Positions 9,818 through 18,094 are shown, counted from the first letter of the stretch. The stretch: 64,000 nucleotides of DNA from Bacillota bacterium (GCA_023410645.1 JAEYPQ010000073.1:10971-74970), one strand, 5' to 3'. Notes: generated from the sequence alone by a model not told the origin. Translations and numbers: made by a program.

Positions 9818-10005
9818 GTCATCACCTGCACTTTTAATTGATTCCAAAATTATATTAGAACTTACAAGTGTAATAAAAAAGATATATATATTGAAAAGAC
9901 GCCACATGCATATAGCATTGACGTTCCTTTCTTTTATAAATCATTTTTCATAGTTATACAATTTGTAATAATCAAATTAATTTGAGACCCTTACAAAATT
10001 CAGTA

Positions 10006-10581
10006 TTACCAAAAAACACTTCCAAAATCTTTTTCTTTCTCTTCGACTGTACGTATATCAGGTAATGCATATATTTTTTTTAACTTTTTATAATGATTTT
10101 TTGTATCTTTATCTTTAATTTTTGATAAATCTATTGATCTATATCCCATTATTTTAGCTATTTGAGTATCTTCATTTAAACCATTAAACATTGCTTTAAA
10201 TTCCCACCAGTGCAAATGTTTAACTTTATTCAAGTTTTTTTGATACTGTTCTAAAAAAGCATCAAAAATATAGTCTGCATCAAATTCATAGCTATAAATT
10301 CTTTTTGCTTTATCTTCAGTACTGTTAGAATTAATTAATTCTTCCTTTTGTTCCTTCCCGCATCGGTAAAACCAAAGCATATCTTGTATAGCAATATTTA
10401 TATCTTTAATTTTTGATAAATCATAATAGAGATTAAGAGCAAGTAGAACTTTATCTTTTTCAGACACTTTATTATCTTGCATAAGTAGTTCAAATTTAAT
10501 AGAAGTTCGAAAGTCCGTATTTATTTTGAATCCACTTTGAGTTGTTTCAGGTAGTTTGTCTAATAATATATTAGTTAACAT
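10006..10581 (-). CDS. phage Gp15-like protein (Listeria phage A118-type tail-module protein)
   Basis: 191 aa, lying between the chaperone and tape measure genes. Size, position and the N-terminal LLDKLPE..I.TDFR pattern recall the Gp15 family. This is from memory, not from a search. Confidence 0.45.
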   Translation of the reverse strand: MLTNILLDKLPETTQSGFKINTDFRTSIKFELLMQDNKVSEKDKVLLALNLYYDLSKIKDINIAIQDMLWFYRCGKEQKEELINSNSTEDKAKRIYSYEFDADYIFDAFLEQYQKNLNKVKHLHWWEFKAMFNGLNEDTQIAKIMGYRSIDLSKIKDKDTKNHYKKLKKIYALPDIRTVEEKEKDFGSVFW

Positions 10582-10584
10582 ATA

Positions 10585-10938
10585 CTACTTCCTTTTTTGT
10601 ACTCTTCTTTGTTCTCTGTTGGGTTGATATCTGTCAAAAGCATTTTCTAATCCTTTTTGTTGTTCTACTTTTTCTTTAACTATATCTTCAAATGCACTTA
10701 TACAATCTTTCAAGTTGTTCTTTTCTCCAAAAACGTTAAGTGATGTACCTTTACCAAAAACATTGTCAAAAAATTCTTTTATTATCTTACATTCTACTTT
10801 TATAGTTTCAGATAATTTCATATCCTTTTTTTCATATGACTCAGCCTTTTCTTTTACTTTTTGTGCTTCATTTTCAAAAATTTCAACAAAATCAGCATCT
10901 AAAAAATCAAAATCAACTTCTACTCCTCTTATTTTCAT
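10585..10938 (-). CDS. tail assembly chaperone-like protein
   Basis: A 117-aa acidic protein immediately downstream of the major tail gene. The call is positional. Confidence 0.4.
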   Translation of the reverse strand: MKIRGVEVDFDFLDADFVEIFENEAQKVKEKAESYEKKDMKLSETIKVECKIIKEFFDNVFGKGTSLNVFGEKNNLKDCISAFEDIVKEKVEQQKGLENAFDRYQPNREQRRVQKRK

Positions 10939-10941
10939 CTA

Positions 10942-11439
10942 TTATTCCTCCTCTTCTGCTCCTTCTGTAAATGTTGCAGATTGCCAATTATCAGTTGTAC
11001 TAGCTATACCTTCAATTATATCTCCTTGTGCTGCAAAAGTACCGCTATATTGGTAAGCATCTGTTCCGTCACCATCAGCATCTGGAATTATTGAATATGA
11101 TCTTTTTTTAGCTTTATATGCTCCAGCTGTTGTAGTTTCTTCATTGAAGTTAACTGTTATTATTTCAACAATTTTGCCAGTTAGTTCTTTATCATGTACT
11201 TCTACTATCACATCTTGAACAGTATTATCTGTCATTCTATCGAAATTATATGCTATTTCTGTTGCATATCCTGTAACATCTTTTCTTTGTGTCTTTTCGT
11301 CAACATATCTTCTTTCATAAGTACTTGAATTTAAACTTTTTCCACTTTCAGTAAATCCTGTCATTCTAGCATAAGTATTAGTGCTATCGGCAGTTTTCAT
11401 AAAATTTACAATATCAGCTCTGTTATACAATTTTCCCAT
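10942..11439 (-). CDS. major tail protein (non-contractile, TP901-1/phi13-like)
   Basis: 165 aa with a beta-rich composition and an acidic C-terminal tail, sitting in front of the chaperone and tape measure genes. The ATG at 11439 has a GGGGG SD 8 nt upstream. Confidence 0.6.
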   Translation of the reverse strand: MGKLYNRADIVNFMKTADSTNTYARMTGFTESGKSLNSSTYERRYVDEKTQRKDVTGYATEIAYNFDRMTDNTVQDVIVEVHDKELTGKIVEIITVNFNEETTTAGAYKAKKRSYSIIPDADGDGTDAYQYSGTFAAQGDIIEGIASTTDNWQSATFTEGAEEEE

Positions 11440-11440
11440 T

Positions 11441-11905
11441 TTAATTTCCCCCTTCAAAGTAAATAACTTGCATTTCTATTATGTAATTAGAAACTGTATC
11501 TGTTTTTTGCAAAATATATCCTAGTTTTATACATTCAATACTTTGCACACCAGGCATAACAGGCAAGTTATTTGACTTATTTTGTGTTTCAATCCATTTA
11601 CTGAAATCTTCAAAAAATTTACTATTAGCAAGATTTTGAAGATTAGAAAATGGAGCATTAACAACAAAATCAAATGCAATCTGCCTTAAACTACTACCAT
11701 CTGCATATCGCTTGTAAATCAGATCAGATGGTTTTATATCTATAGTAAATCCCTCTATAATCTCATCTACATAATCAACATTTATTATTCCATTTTCAAG
11801 AAATGGACATGTTGATATAAATTCTTTAATTAATTCTATCTTTGATTTAGCCATTTTAATATACTCCTCTACATCTTTGCAAATATCTTTTCTTCTCTTT
11901 ACCAT
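11441..11905 (-). CDS. tail terminator / head-tail-joining-like protein (first gene of the tail operon)
   Basis: It sits directly upstream of the major tail gene. An alternative start at 11854 (MAKSKIELIKEF) has a GAGGAG SD. Confidence 0.4.
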   Translation of the reverse strand: MVKRRKDICKDVEEYIKMAKSKIELIKEFISTCPFLENGIINVDYVDEIIEGFTIDIKPSDLIYKRYADGSSLRQIAFDFVVNAPFSNLQNLANSKFFEDFSKWIETQNKSNNLPVMPGVQSIECIKLGYILQKTDTVSNYIIEMQVIYFEGGN

Positions 11906-12441
11906 ATTCTTCTATCCTATTATCTTGCACTCTTTTATGCTAATAGTAATTGAAATTAGTATTTAATAAAGTTTTATCACCTAAAGCCAAAATAAAAACT
12001 GCTATCTTTAGTGGGTATTAATTTAAATTATACTAATATTTAGAATAAGGTACACGTATTTAATAGAATGATTGTTAGATAAGCTTTAATCTTTTATATT
12101 ATCAACTTATCTTATACTTTAAAGAATTAATACTTTTTCTACAATTCCCTTAACCAGGTTAGTTCACAATTGATTAGTAACTTATCTACTTATATATTCC
12201 TTACACATAAGCAAGTTCTAAAAAAAATATTGTTTTTCTAAATTTTGTATCATATCCTTTATATGTTGCATGATTTTCTTGCCTATATTCTATATTTTGA
12301 GACTCCAAACTTTGCATTGAAACTTTTTTAATTTACCAGTATATATTTGATAAATTAAAAATATTAGCTTCTTTAACGTCTGGCTTAAAAGACAAAAAGC
12401 GAATTCATAAAAACGCTTGATAACTAAATTTATCTTTTAAT

Positions 12442-12855
12442 TTAATTTTTATCTTTTACTTGTATTAATATATCTTTTAATTTATCAGGATAAGGAACAC
12501 CTAACTTAGTTGTATTTTCCAATAATGATATACCCTCATTAGCTATATAGAAAAGTATTGATAAATTCCTTAACATTTCTATATTAAGTACTTGATCTAA
12601 TTTATTACATAGACCAATTAGTCCAAAAATTAAGAACTTTTTAAATATCCCTTTATATCCAACTTCAGAATTTAAATTCTTATTTATAAAAATCGCCACT
12701 GCTAAACCAGTTATGAAGTCGGTAAATGTAAATGCAACTAGTAAACTCATAGACACATCCCATCCTCCTAAATAACTAGATATTATGGTACATAATGTTG
12801 CAAATACCAAACAAATGGATTGTCCTATTTCACTTAAATTAGTTAATCTAAACAT
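12442..12855 (-). CDS. holin, TcdE/LL-H (toxin secretion / phage lysis) family
   Basis: Pattern GGWDVSMSLLVAFTFTDFITGLAVA...GYKGIFKKFLIF...ANEGISLLENTTKLGVPYP with three TM segments. The ATG at 12855 lies 5 nt after an AAGGGGGTGA SD. Confidence 0.75.
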   Translation of the reverse strand: MFRLTNLSEIGQSICLVFATLCTIISSYLGGWDVSMSLLVAFTFTDFITGLAVAIFINKNLNSEVGYKGIFKKFLIFGLIGLCNKLDQVLNIEMLRNLSILFYIANEGISLLENTTKLGVPYPDKLKDILIQVKDKN

Positions 12856-13049
12856 CTTTATCACCCCCTTTAGTATTTAATTGAAAAAACACTGTGTTTT
12901 TACAGCATTTTTATATTTTTTATCATGGATTTTTATTAATTAATTACTGTATGATTTAATTTTTTTATTGTATATATCTATTGCTATTATACATTATAGC
13001 ATGGTTTTTCTTTAAAATATTGTTCTTTTATTCCCAGTTTCTTCCCGAT

Positions 13050-13682
13050 TTAATAATTTGTTCTAATTATTCCTAAGATTTTTTTCTTTATATTAGATAA
13101 TTTATTTTGTAATCTTTTTTGAGTTAAATCCTTATTGAAGTTTTTATTGTATGATATTTCTATATCATGCCAATCCATGTTTTCATAATACTTACATTCT
13201 ACTAGAAATACATCTTTTGGACTTAACGTACTAAATGCTACTTCTAACTTTCTTACTTCAATCTCTAAAGCAATTCTTTCACTCTTTGCTATTTTTATTA
13301 GCTCCTCAGCTTGTCTATGATTTAATTCATTTCTTAATGCTTGACTTTCAACTGGACTATATATTCTATTTTTTGACTTAGGCATACCAAATGTAGATTC
13401 TGAAACATTGGTAAAAATATTCTCATTTTCTTCTAAGGCTCTATTCCATACATCTATTCGCTCTGACAATGTGGCAATCTTTGCTTTATTATTCATATAA
13501 TTTTTTAACATATGATTTATATCTTTCATATCCAGTAATGCATCTGCACATGGTGTACTACTTTCCCTTTTCATTTTTCTTGGTTCCTTACAAAATTTAC
13601 AATAACTATAACTTTCACACATACCACCATTGCATTTTAGTGCTTCTTTTTCTAATTTCTCTTGTATTTCTTCCCTATTCAT
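13050..13682 (-). CDS. phage late-gene activator, sigma region-4-like (ArpU/RinA/DUF1492-type), with Cys-rich N-terminus
   Basis: FGMPKSKNRIYSPVESQALR...LSPKDVFLVECKYYENMDWHDIEISYN...TQKRLQNKL resembles sigma-like phage activators. The N-terminus carries the cysteines C..C....C..C. Confidence 0.5.
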   Translation of the reverse strand: MNREEIQEKLEKEALKCNGGMCESYSYCKFCKEPRKMKRESSTPCADALLDMKDINHMLKNYMNNKAKIATLSERIDVWNRALEENENIFTNVSESTFGMPKSKNRIYSPVESQALRNELNHRQAEELIKIAKSERIALEIEVRKLEVAFSTLSPKDVFLVECKYYENMDWHDIEISYNKNFNKDLTQKRLQNKLSNIKKKILGIIRTNY

Positions 13683-13700
13683 ATATTCATTTTACTCCTT

Positions 13701-13892
13701 CTACTTTTTTATATTTTTTTGGCAATCCATATATTTCTCATATGTATAACTTAATAATTGAATAAATTCTTTTGTAAGCATTTTATCTTTATTTTTATAA
13801 AATATTTTCTGTATTAGGTTGTGTATCTCTATATAATTACTTTGATGTATTTTTTCATTTTCAATATAATTTTTAGTTTTATTTTTTGTCAT
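13701..13892 (-). CDS. hypothetical phage early protein (63 aa)
   Basis: ORF with an AAGGTGA SD 8 nt upstream, lying in the operon. Confidence 0.45.
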   Translation of the reverse strand: MTKNKTKNYIENEKIHQSNYIEIHNLIQKIFYKNKDKMLTKEFIQLLSYTYEKYMDCQKNIKK

Positions 13893-13900
13893 TGTCTAAT

Positions 13901-14200
13901 TCACCTTCTCACATAATCTAATATTTCTTCTGTTTTATTTAATCTGGATTTCTGAACTTTTTTATCTGATTTTAGATTTGTATATTTTTCCTGTAATTTT
14001 CTTCTGCATCTACTTACACTTTCAAATGTTGGCAATCCCAAAAACTTGTATTCCCTAAATATATATCCAAAATCATTTATTGATAGGCCAGGATTTAACT
14101 TATATATCACTTCCACATATAGTAAATGATCATCCAATCTTGCTAATTTATTCTGTTCAAGTACATCTTTCACAAATTTCTCAATATTATACATTTTCAT
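13901..14200 (-). CDS. hypothetical phage early protein
   Basis: ORF-track entry 13901..14209. The ATG at 14200 is best spaced from the GGTGG SD. No motif recognised. Confidence 0.5.
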   Translation of the reverse strand: MKMYNIEKFVKDVLEQNKLARLDDHLLYVEVIYKLNPGLSINDFGYIFREYKFLGLPTFESVSRCRRKLQEKYTNLKSDKKVQKSRLNKTEEILDYVRR

Positions 14201-14264
14201 ATATTTCATCCACCTTTTATCTTTTATTTATCTAATTTATAAAATTCTTATTTGTTAAATCAAT

Positions 14265-14405
14265 TTAATTTACTCTACTTTTTTTATTAATTATCGCCTG
14301 TGCCTGTGCCTCTTGTGTGTAATCAAGTTCGTTATTTTCTTTAAACATTTTGCTGGCTAATGCTATCAATAGTACTATTGCTGATATGGTTAATATCTTT
14401 TTCAT
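14265..14405 (-). CDS. small membrane-anchored protein (46 aa, MKKILTISAIVLLIALASKMF...)
   Basis: Hand-translated ORF with an AGAGAGGG SD. It is the first ORF downstream of the minus-strand switch promoter. Confidence 0.4.
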   Translation of the reverse strand: MKKILTISAIVLLIALASKMFKENNELDYTQEAQAQAIINKKSRVN

Positions 14406-14635
14406 TTTTACCCTCTCTTTTTTATAAAATTTTAGTATATTTATAGTTCTTTTTCTTCACACGATAATGTGAGAATAAAAAAAATTAAATTTATATGTTA
14501 ACGCATTTTCTTTACAAAATATTTTTATTATTATAAAGTTAAGATCCTTTGTATTCCAACAGAATATGATATTTTATCTGCGATTCATTATTATATATTT
14601 ATTATTTCCGCCTCCTTTATTTTCTTACTACGATA

Positions 14636-14664
14636 ATTATATATTATTTTTTCTATCGTGTCAA
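14636..14664 (-). promoter_or_regulatory. consensus sigma-A-type promoter (lytic-side, leftward) with overlapping operator
   Basis: The minus strand reads TTGACA (14664-14659), a 17-nt spacer, then TATAAT (14641-14636). ACGATA half-sites abut the -35 and follow the -10. Confidence 0.65.
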
Positions 14665-14712
14665 GTATAATTGTTTATTTTTTATCGTATTACGTTTATT
14701 ATGTAATTTTTA

Positions 14713-14741
14713 TTGACACGATAATATATGTGTGCTATAAT
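14713..14741 (+). promoter_or_regulatory. consensus sigma-A-type promoter of the repressor gene with overlapping operator
   Basis: TTGACA (14713-14718), a 17-nt spacer, then TATAAT (14736-14741). The same TTGACACGATA module occurs in the divergent promoter. Confidence 0.65.
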
Positions 14742-14780
14742 TTTATTATTAAAAAATTTTTTGAAAATAAGGAGAAAAAA

Positions 14781-15149
14781 ATGAATGAATTTGATAGAGA
14801 ATTAATAGGAAAAAGACTAAAGTCAAGAAGGGAACTTGCAGGACTAACTCAAGAACAAGTTGGAGAAAAAGTGGGCAAAACCTTTGCTACTGTGGCGAAA
14901 TATGAAAGTGGAGAAATTAAAAATATAGATATTATGGTTATTAGTATAATTGCCGATATAACTAATACTAATATTGACTATTTATTGCTAAAAAGTGATA
15001 GCCCAGATCCTAACAATAATTTTAGAAATTATAAGCATTTAAATAATTCTTTAATAGGAAGGGTATCTAAAAAGATGGAAAGCATGTCAGATAGTGAATT
15101 AGAAATGTTAGACAGAATAATAGATGCTCTTATAAATGAAAAAAAATAA
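14781..15149 (+). CDS. cI/ImmR-like XRE-family repressor
   Basis: LIGKRLKSRRELAGLTQEQVGEKVGKTFATVAKYESGE is a classic HTH_3 pattern. The ATG at 14781 follows AAGGAGAAAAAA. The track start at 14658 would lie inside the promoter region. Confidence 0.8.
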   Translation: MNEFDRELIGKRLKSRRELAGLTQEQVGEKVGKTFATVAKYESGEIKNIDIMVISIIADITNTNIDYLLLKSDSPDPNNNFRNYKHLNNSLIGRVSKKMESMSDSELEMLDRIIDALINEKK

Positions 15150-15166
15150 AATGGAGATTGTGTGTT

Positions 15167-15580
15167 ATGAAAAAATTTTATGATTATATACAAAAGGAAA
15201 ATATTATATTTAAAGAACAATATATTGATGAAAATATAAAAGGATTATGTATAAGATTACCTAATAGTAAAACTGCAATTGTTTTAAATGATAATTTAAT
15301 AGAAAGTAACATTGAAAAAAATTGTGTTCTTGCTGAAGAACTGGGGCATTATTATTGCGATGCTTTATACTCACCTTTTTGTGAGGATCAGACAATTATA
15401 GATAGAAATGAGTATAGGGCAAAAAAGTGGGCCTTTAAATCTATTATTGGAAATAAATTACACAATAACATTGGAAGATATAAAAATATGCTTAAATATG
15501 AGATTGCAGAGGAAATTGGCGTAACAGAAGATATGCTTGATATGGCATATGATTATTATAAAAGAAATGAAGTTATTTAA
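15167..15580 (+). CDS. ImmA/IrrE-family zinc metallopeptidase (anti-repressor protease)
   Basis: HExxH motif in LAEELGHYYCD. It lies immediately downstream of the repressor, as in ImmR-ImmA pairs. Confidence 0.7.
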   Translation: MKKFYDYIQKENIIFKEQYIDENIKGLCIRLPNSKTAIVLNDNLIESNIEKNCVLAEELGHYYCDALYSPFCEDQTIIDRNEYRAKKWAFKSIIGNKLHNNIGRYKNMLKYEIAEEIGVTEDMLDMAYDYYKRNEVI

Positions 15581-15672
15581 TTATATTTAGTAAATCAAAT
15601 AACTTCAAAAAATAAATAATTCTATAATTTCTTTGAAAAGTAAAAAATATTTCTAAATATTTTAATTCCTTT

Positions 15673-15696
15673 AAAAGGCACTAATAGTGCCTTTTT
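15673..15696. terminator. bidirectional terminator
   Basis: AAAAGGCAC taatag GTGCCTTTT, lying between convergent genes. Confidence 0.65.
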
Positions 15697-15698
15697 AT

Positions 15699-16073
15699 TC
15701 ATATTGTGACTAATCCACTTCTCTTCATCCTTACAACGTCTTCTATTATAAATTCAACTATATAGTCAAAAATCTTATCTATCTCAAATTTCTCAATAAA
15801 GTACAGATCATCTTTTGAAAATACATAATTATAATCATATATTATTTGGTTACAAATGTTTAATATTAAATTATATAATTTTTCTTTCACAACCGTTTCC
15901 AATAAAGAATCATATCTACCATTATTATCTTTTTTTATATATTCAACTAAATTAAATTTATGGTATATCTCATTTGTTTTATTCTTTATTTCTTTATAAT
16001 AGTTATATCTTCTTTTATTTATTATATTAATTATCTTATCAAAGAATTTATTAAACTGTTTATTTTTTTTCAT
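15699..16073 (-). CDS. hypothetical protein (124 aa)
   Basis: ORF track only; no motif recognised. Confidence 0.45.
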   Translation of the reverse strand: MKKNKQFNKFFDKIINIINKRRYNYYKEIKNKTNEIYHKFNLVEYIKKDNNGRYDSLLETVVKEKLYNLILNICNQIIYDYNYVFSKDDLYFIEKFEIDKIFDYIVEFIIEDVVRMKRSGLVTI

Positions 16074-16211
16074 TATCTTCTCCTGTAAATTGATTTATTG
16101 TTTATAAAATATGTACAATAGGTCATTATATTTAATCATAAAATAATGTATTATATTATATAATGTGGTTTCATTTTTATATAATAAATACATAAATGAA
16201 AGGATTTAATT

Positions 16212-16562
16212 ATGAATTATTTATCTCATTTTAATGATGAACTTGAATTAAGACGTTGTATATCAAAAAGTATTAAAAAAATTCGAAAAGACAATAAGTT
16301 AACTCAGGAAAAATTAGCAGAATTACTTAATGTATCAATTGAACATATTTCAAGAATAGAAAATTGTAAATATACTTGTTCTATTATGCTAATATTTAAG
16401 ATTTGTACAATATTTAAGATTGATATACATGATTTCTTTAATATAAATACAGAAATATCAGACGATAATATAACAAGCTTCTTAAAAAATTTACCAACAG
16501 AAAAATATGATGCAATTATTGAATTTTGTAAGGAAGTGGAAAATTGTCGTAATAATTCATAA
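16212..16562 (+). CDS. XRE-family HTH regulator
   Basis: IKKIRKDNKLTQEKLAELLNVSIEHISRIENCK is an HTH_3 pattern. It is divergent from 15699..16073. Confidence 0.7.
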   Translation: MNYLSHFNDELELRRCISKSIKKIRKDNKLTQEKLAELLNVSIEHISRIENCKYTCSIMLIFKICTIFKIDIHDFFNINTEISDDNITSFLKNLPTEKYDAIIEFCKEVENCRNNS

Positions 16563-16699
16563 TAATAATACATATATATTATCAAAATCTTTCATATTTG
16601 TAAACATTTTTTTGAAAATTTTGTAAAAAATATGTATTTATTTAAACACTGTGAGAATTTAAATAAATACATATAGTTTTTAAAAAGCAAATAAATATA

Positions 16700-17155
16700 T
16701 CATTTATTTGCTTTTTTTATCCTTAATTGTTTAAAGAACTCACTTAGAATATTAGAACATTTTTGTGTGTTTTGTAAATATTCATATTCTACTTTATGAG
16801 TCGTATTTATATCAAGTATATTGCCAATTGATCCAACACAACCATTTTTTTCATCCTTTGCGCCAATATATATTTTTTTTATTCTTGATTGAGTTAATGC
16901 ACCTGCACACATTGCACATGGTTCCAAAGTAACATACATTTCACATCCATCAAGTCTCCAACTATTTAACTTTTTACACGCTTTTTCTAAACAAAGTATT
17001 TCTGCATGCGCTAAAAATATATTTTTCTTTTCCCTAAGATTATGTGCTCTGGCAATAATTTTATCATCCTTTACTATAACTGCACCAACTGGCACTTCAT
17101 CTTTATCATACGCTTTCTTTGCCTCTTTTAAAGCTTCTTCCATGTATTTATTCAC
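16700..17155 (-). CDS. tadA: tRNA-specific adenosine deaminase
   Basis: CMP/dCMP deaminase zinc motifs HAEILCLEKA and PCAMCAGAL; 151 aa. Confidence 0.9.
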   Translation of the reverse strand: MNKYMEEALKEAKKAYDKDEVPVGAVIVKDDKIIARAHNLREKKNIFLAHAEILCLEKACKKLNSWRLDGCEMYVTLEPCAMCAGALTQSRIKKIYIGAKDEKNGCVGSIGNILDINTTHKVEYEYLQNTQKCSNILSEFFKQLRIKKANK

Positions 17156-17888
17156 TACTTACTCCTTTTTTTGAAAAATAATCCTGTAACCCTATAAATA
17201 TTCCCCAAGCAAGTTTGTTTTGATATTCATCAGTTGTCAAAAGTTGTGCTTCCTGTTTATTTGATAAAAAGCCACATTCTACTATAACACAAGGTATTGT
17301 AACATTATTCATAATATATACTTCTGTTATTGGTAATGGTGTCCTATCATTTTTAAATTCAATATTTTTATTTAAATTCTGTTGTATTAAATTTGCTATC
17401 ATCTTACTATCTTCATCATTTTTCTGATAAAATGTTTGCCATCCTCTATATATCTCTGAAGGTGGATATTTATTTAAATGTATTGAAACAAATACATCCG
17501 CTGAACTTTCATTTCCAATCTTAACCCTATTTTTTATATCACTAACCTTTTTATTTCTTATACTATTACTATCAGAAGAATATATTCCATTTTCGTCACT
17601 CCTAGTAAGTACAACTTTTGCTCCACTTTGCTCAATAAGTCTTTGAAGTTTTAATGTTACCGCTAAATTAGTGGCCTGCTCGGTAGTACCATTAAAACCA
17701 ACGGCTCCTTCATCAGGAAGCCCATGTCCAGCATCTATTACAATAACTTTATTTGCAATTGGTGTTGCATTTACTTGAGTAGTTTGATTATTTTCATTTA
17801 TATTATTTATTATACCATATGAACCTAAAGAAAGCAAAACAAAAAGGCATACATATATAATCCTTTTATGAAATATTGTTAATTTCAT
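17148..17888 (-). CDS. cwlD: N-acetylmuramoyl-L-alanine amidase (germination-specific CwlD-like)
   Basis: Signal anchor followed by amidase_3 motifs VIDAGHG..DEGA and FVSIHLN. Confidence 0.8.
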   Translation of the reverse strand: MKLTIFHKRIIYVCLFVLLSLGSYGIINNINENNQTTQVNATPIANKVIVIDAGHGLPDEGAVGFNGTTEQATNLAVTLKLQRLIEQSGAKVVLTRSDENGIYSSDSNSIRNKKVSDIKNRVKIGNESSADVFVSIHLNKYPPSEIYRGWQTFYQKNDEDSKMIANLIQQNLNKNIEFKNDRTPLPITEVYIMNNVTIPCVIVECGFLSNKQEAQLLTTDEYQNKLAWGIFIGLQDYFSKKGVSSE

Positions 17889-17987
17889 ATTATCACCTTT
17901 TACATATATATGTTTTTACTATAATATATACTACATTTAAGTATAAATCATAAAATCAACAGTGAAATAATTATATAACAATTATTC

Positions 17988-18012
17988 AAAAATATTGTCT
18001 AGTTTTGTCGAA
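17988..18012 (+). repeat. 25-nt motif AAAAATATTGTCTAGTTTTGTCGAA (contains a Spo0A-box TGTCGAA), copy 1
   Basis: It is the exact reverse complement of 19246..19270 and lies upstream of 18095..18550. Confidence 0.8.
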
Positions 18013-18094
18013 TAATACACATATAAAGTTTTTTTTTGAGAATTAGCTTGAAATATGTTTTTTTTAAGATATAATTTTTGAAGGAGGTATTAAT

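Larger units (their letters stand above)
1530..15600 (-). mobile_element. prophage-derived island carrying only switch, late activator, lysis and non-contractile tail genes (tailocin-like or prophage remnant)
   Basis: The island sits next to a tRNA gene and contains co-oriented phage tail, holin, lysin and regulator ORFs. It is bounded by tRNA-Arg on the left and the housekeeping genes tadA/cwlD on the right. I see no ORF with capsid, portal, terminase, integrase or replication character. Confidence 0.7.

Noticed and set aside
10579-10620. Possible programmed -1 frameshift (the gpG/gpGT type) at CAAAAAAGG near the end of the chaperone-like ORF. The next ORF also lies in the same frame, separated only by TAG-TAT.
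   Set aside because: The zero-frame phasing (CAA AAA AGG) is not a proper X XXY YYZ heptamer, and the -1 frame hits a stop after about 8 codons. The downstream ORF has its own AGGAAG SD, so ordinary coupling explains the layout. Being in-frame has a one-in-three chance.
2718-11056. Plus-strand ORFs within the tail module: 2718-2912, 4375-4608, 6551-6865, 8353-8661, 9382-9645 and 10715-11056.
   Set aside because: All are antisense to co-oriented, coupled tail genes. They lack SD sites and have repetitive hydrophobic translations that mirror the sense strand.
14658-14780. N-terminal 41-codon extension of the repressor ORF, using the track start at 14658.
   Set aside because: The extension covers both switch promoters and the operators and translates to hydrophobic nonsense. 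The ATG at 14781 has an AAGGAGA SD and begins the HTH domain.
1471-16700. Searched for an integrase or recombinase ORF, and for att-type direct repeats of the tRNA-Arg(ACG) 3' end at the far border of the island.
   Set aside because: No ORF showed tyrosine or serine recombinase character. By eye I found no copy of the tRNA 3' segment (GGTTCGAATCCCTTCAGGTGCACCA) elsewhere. The absence is used as evidence in the tailocin finding rather than reported as a feature. An exact repeat search should confirm it.
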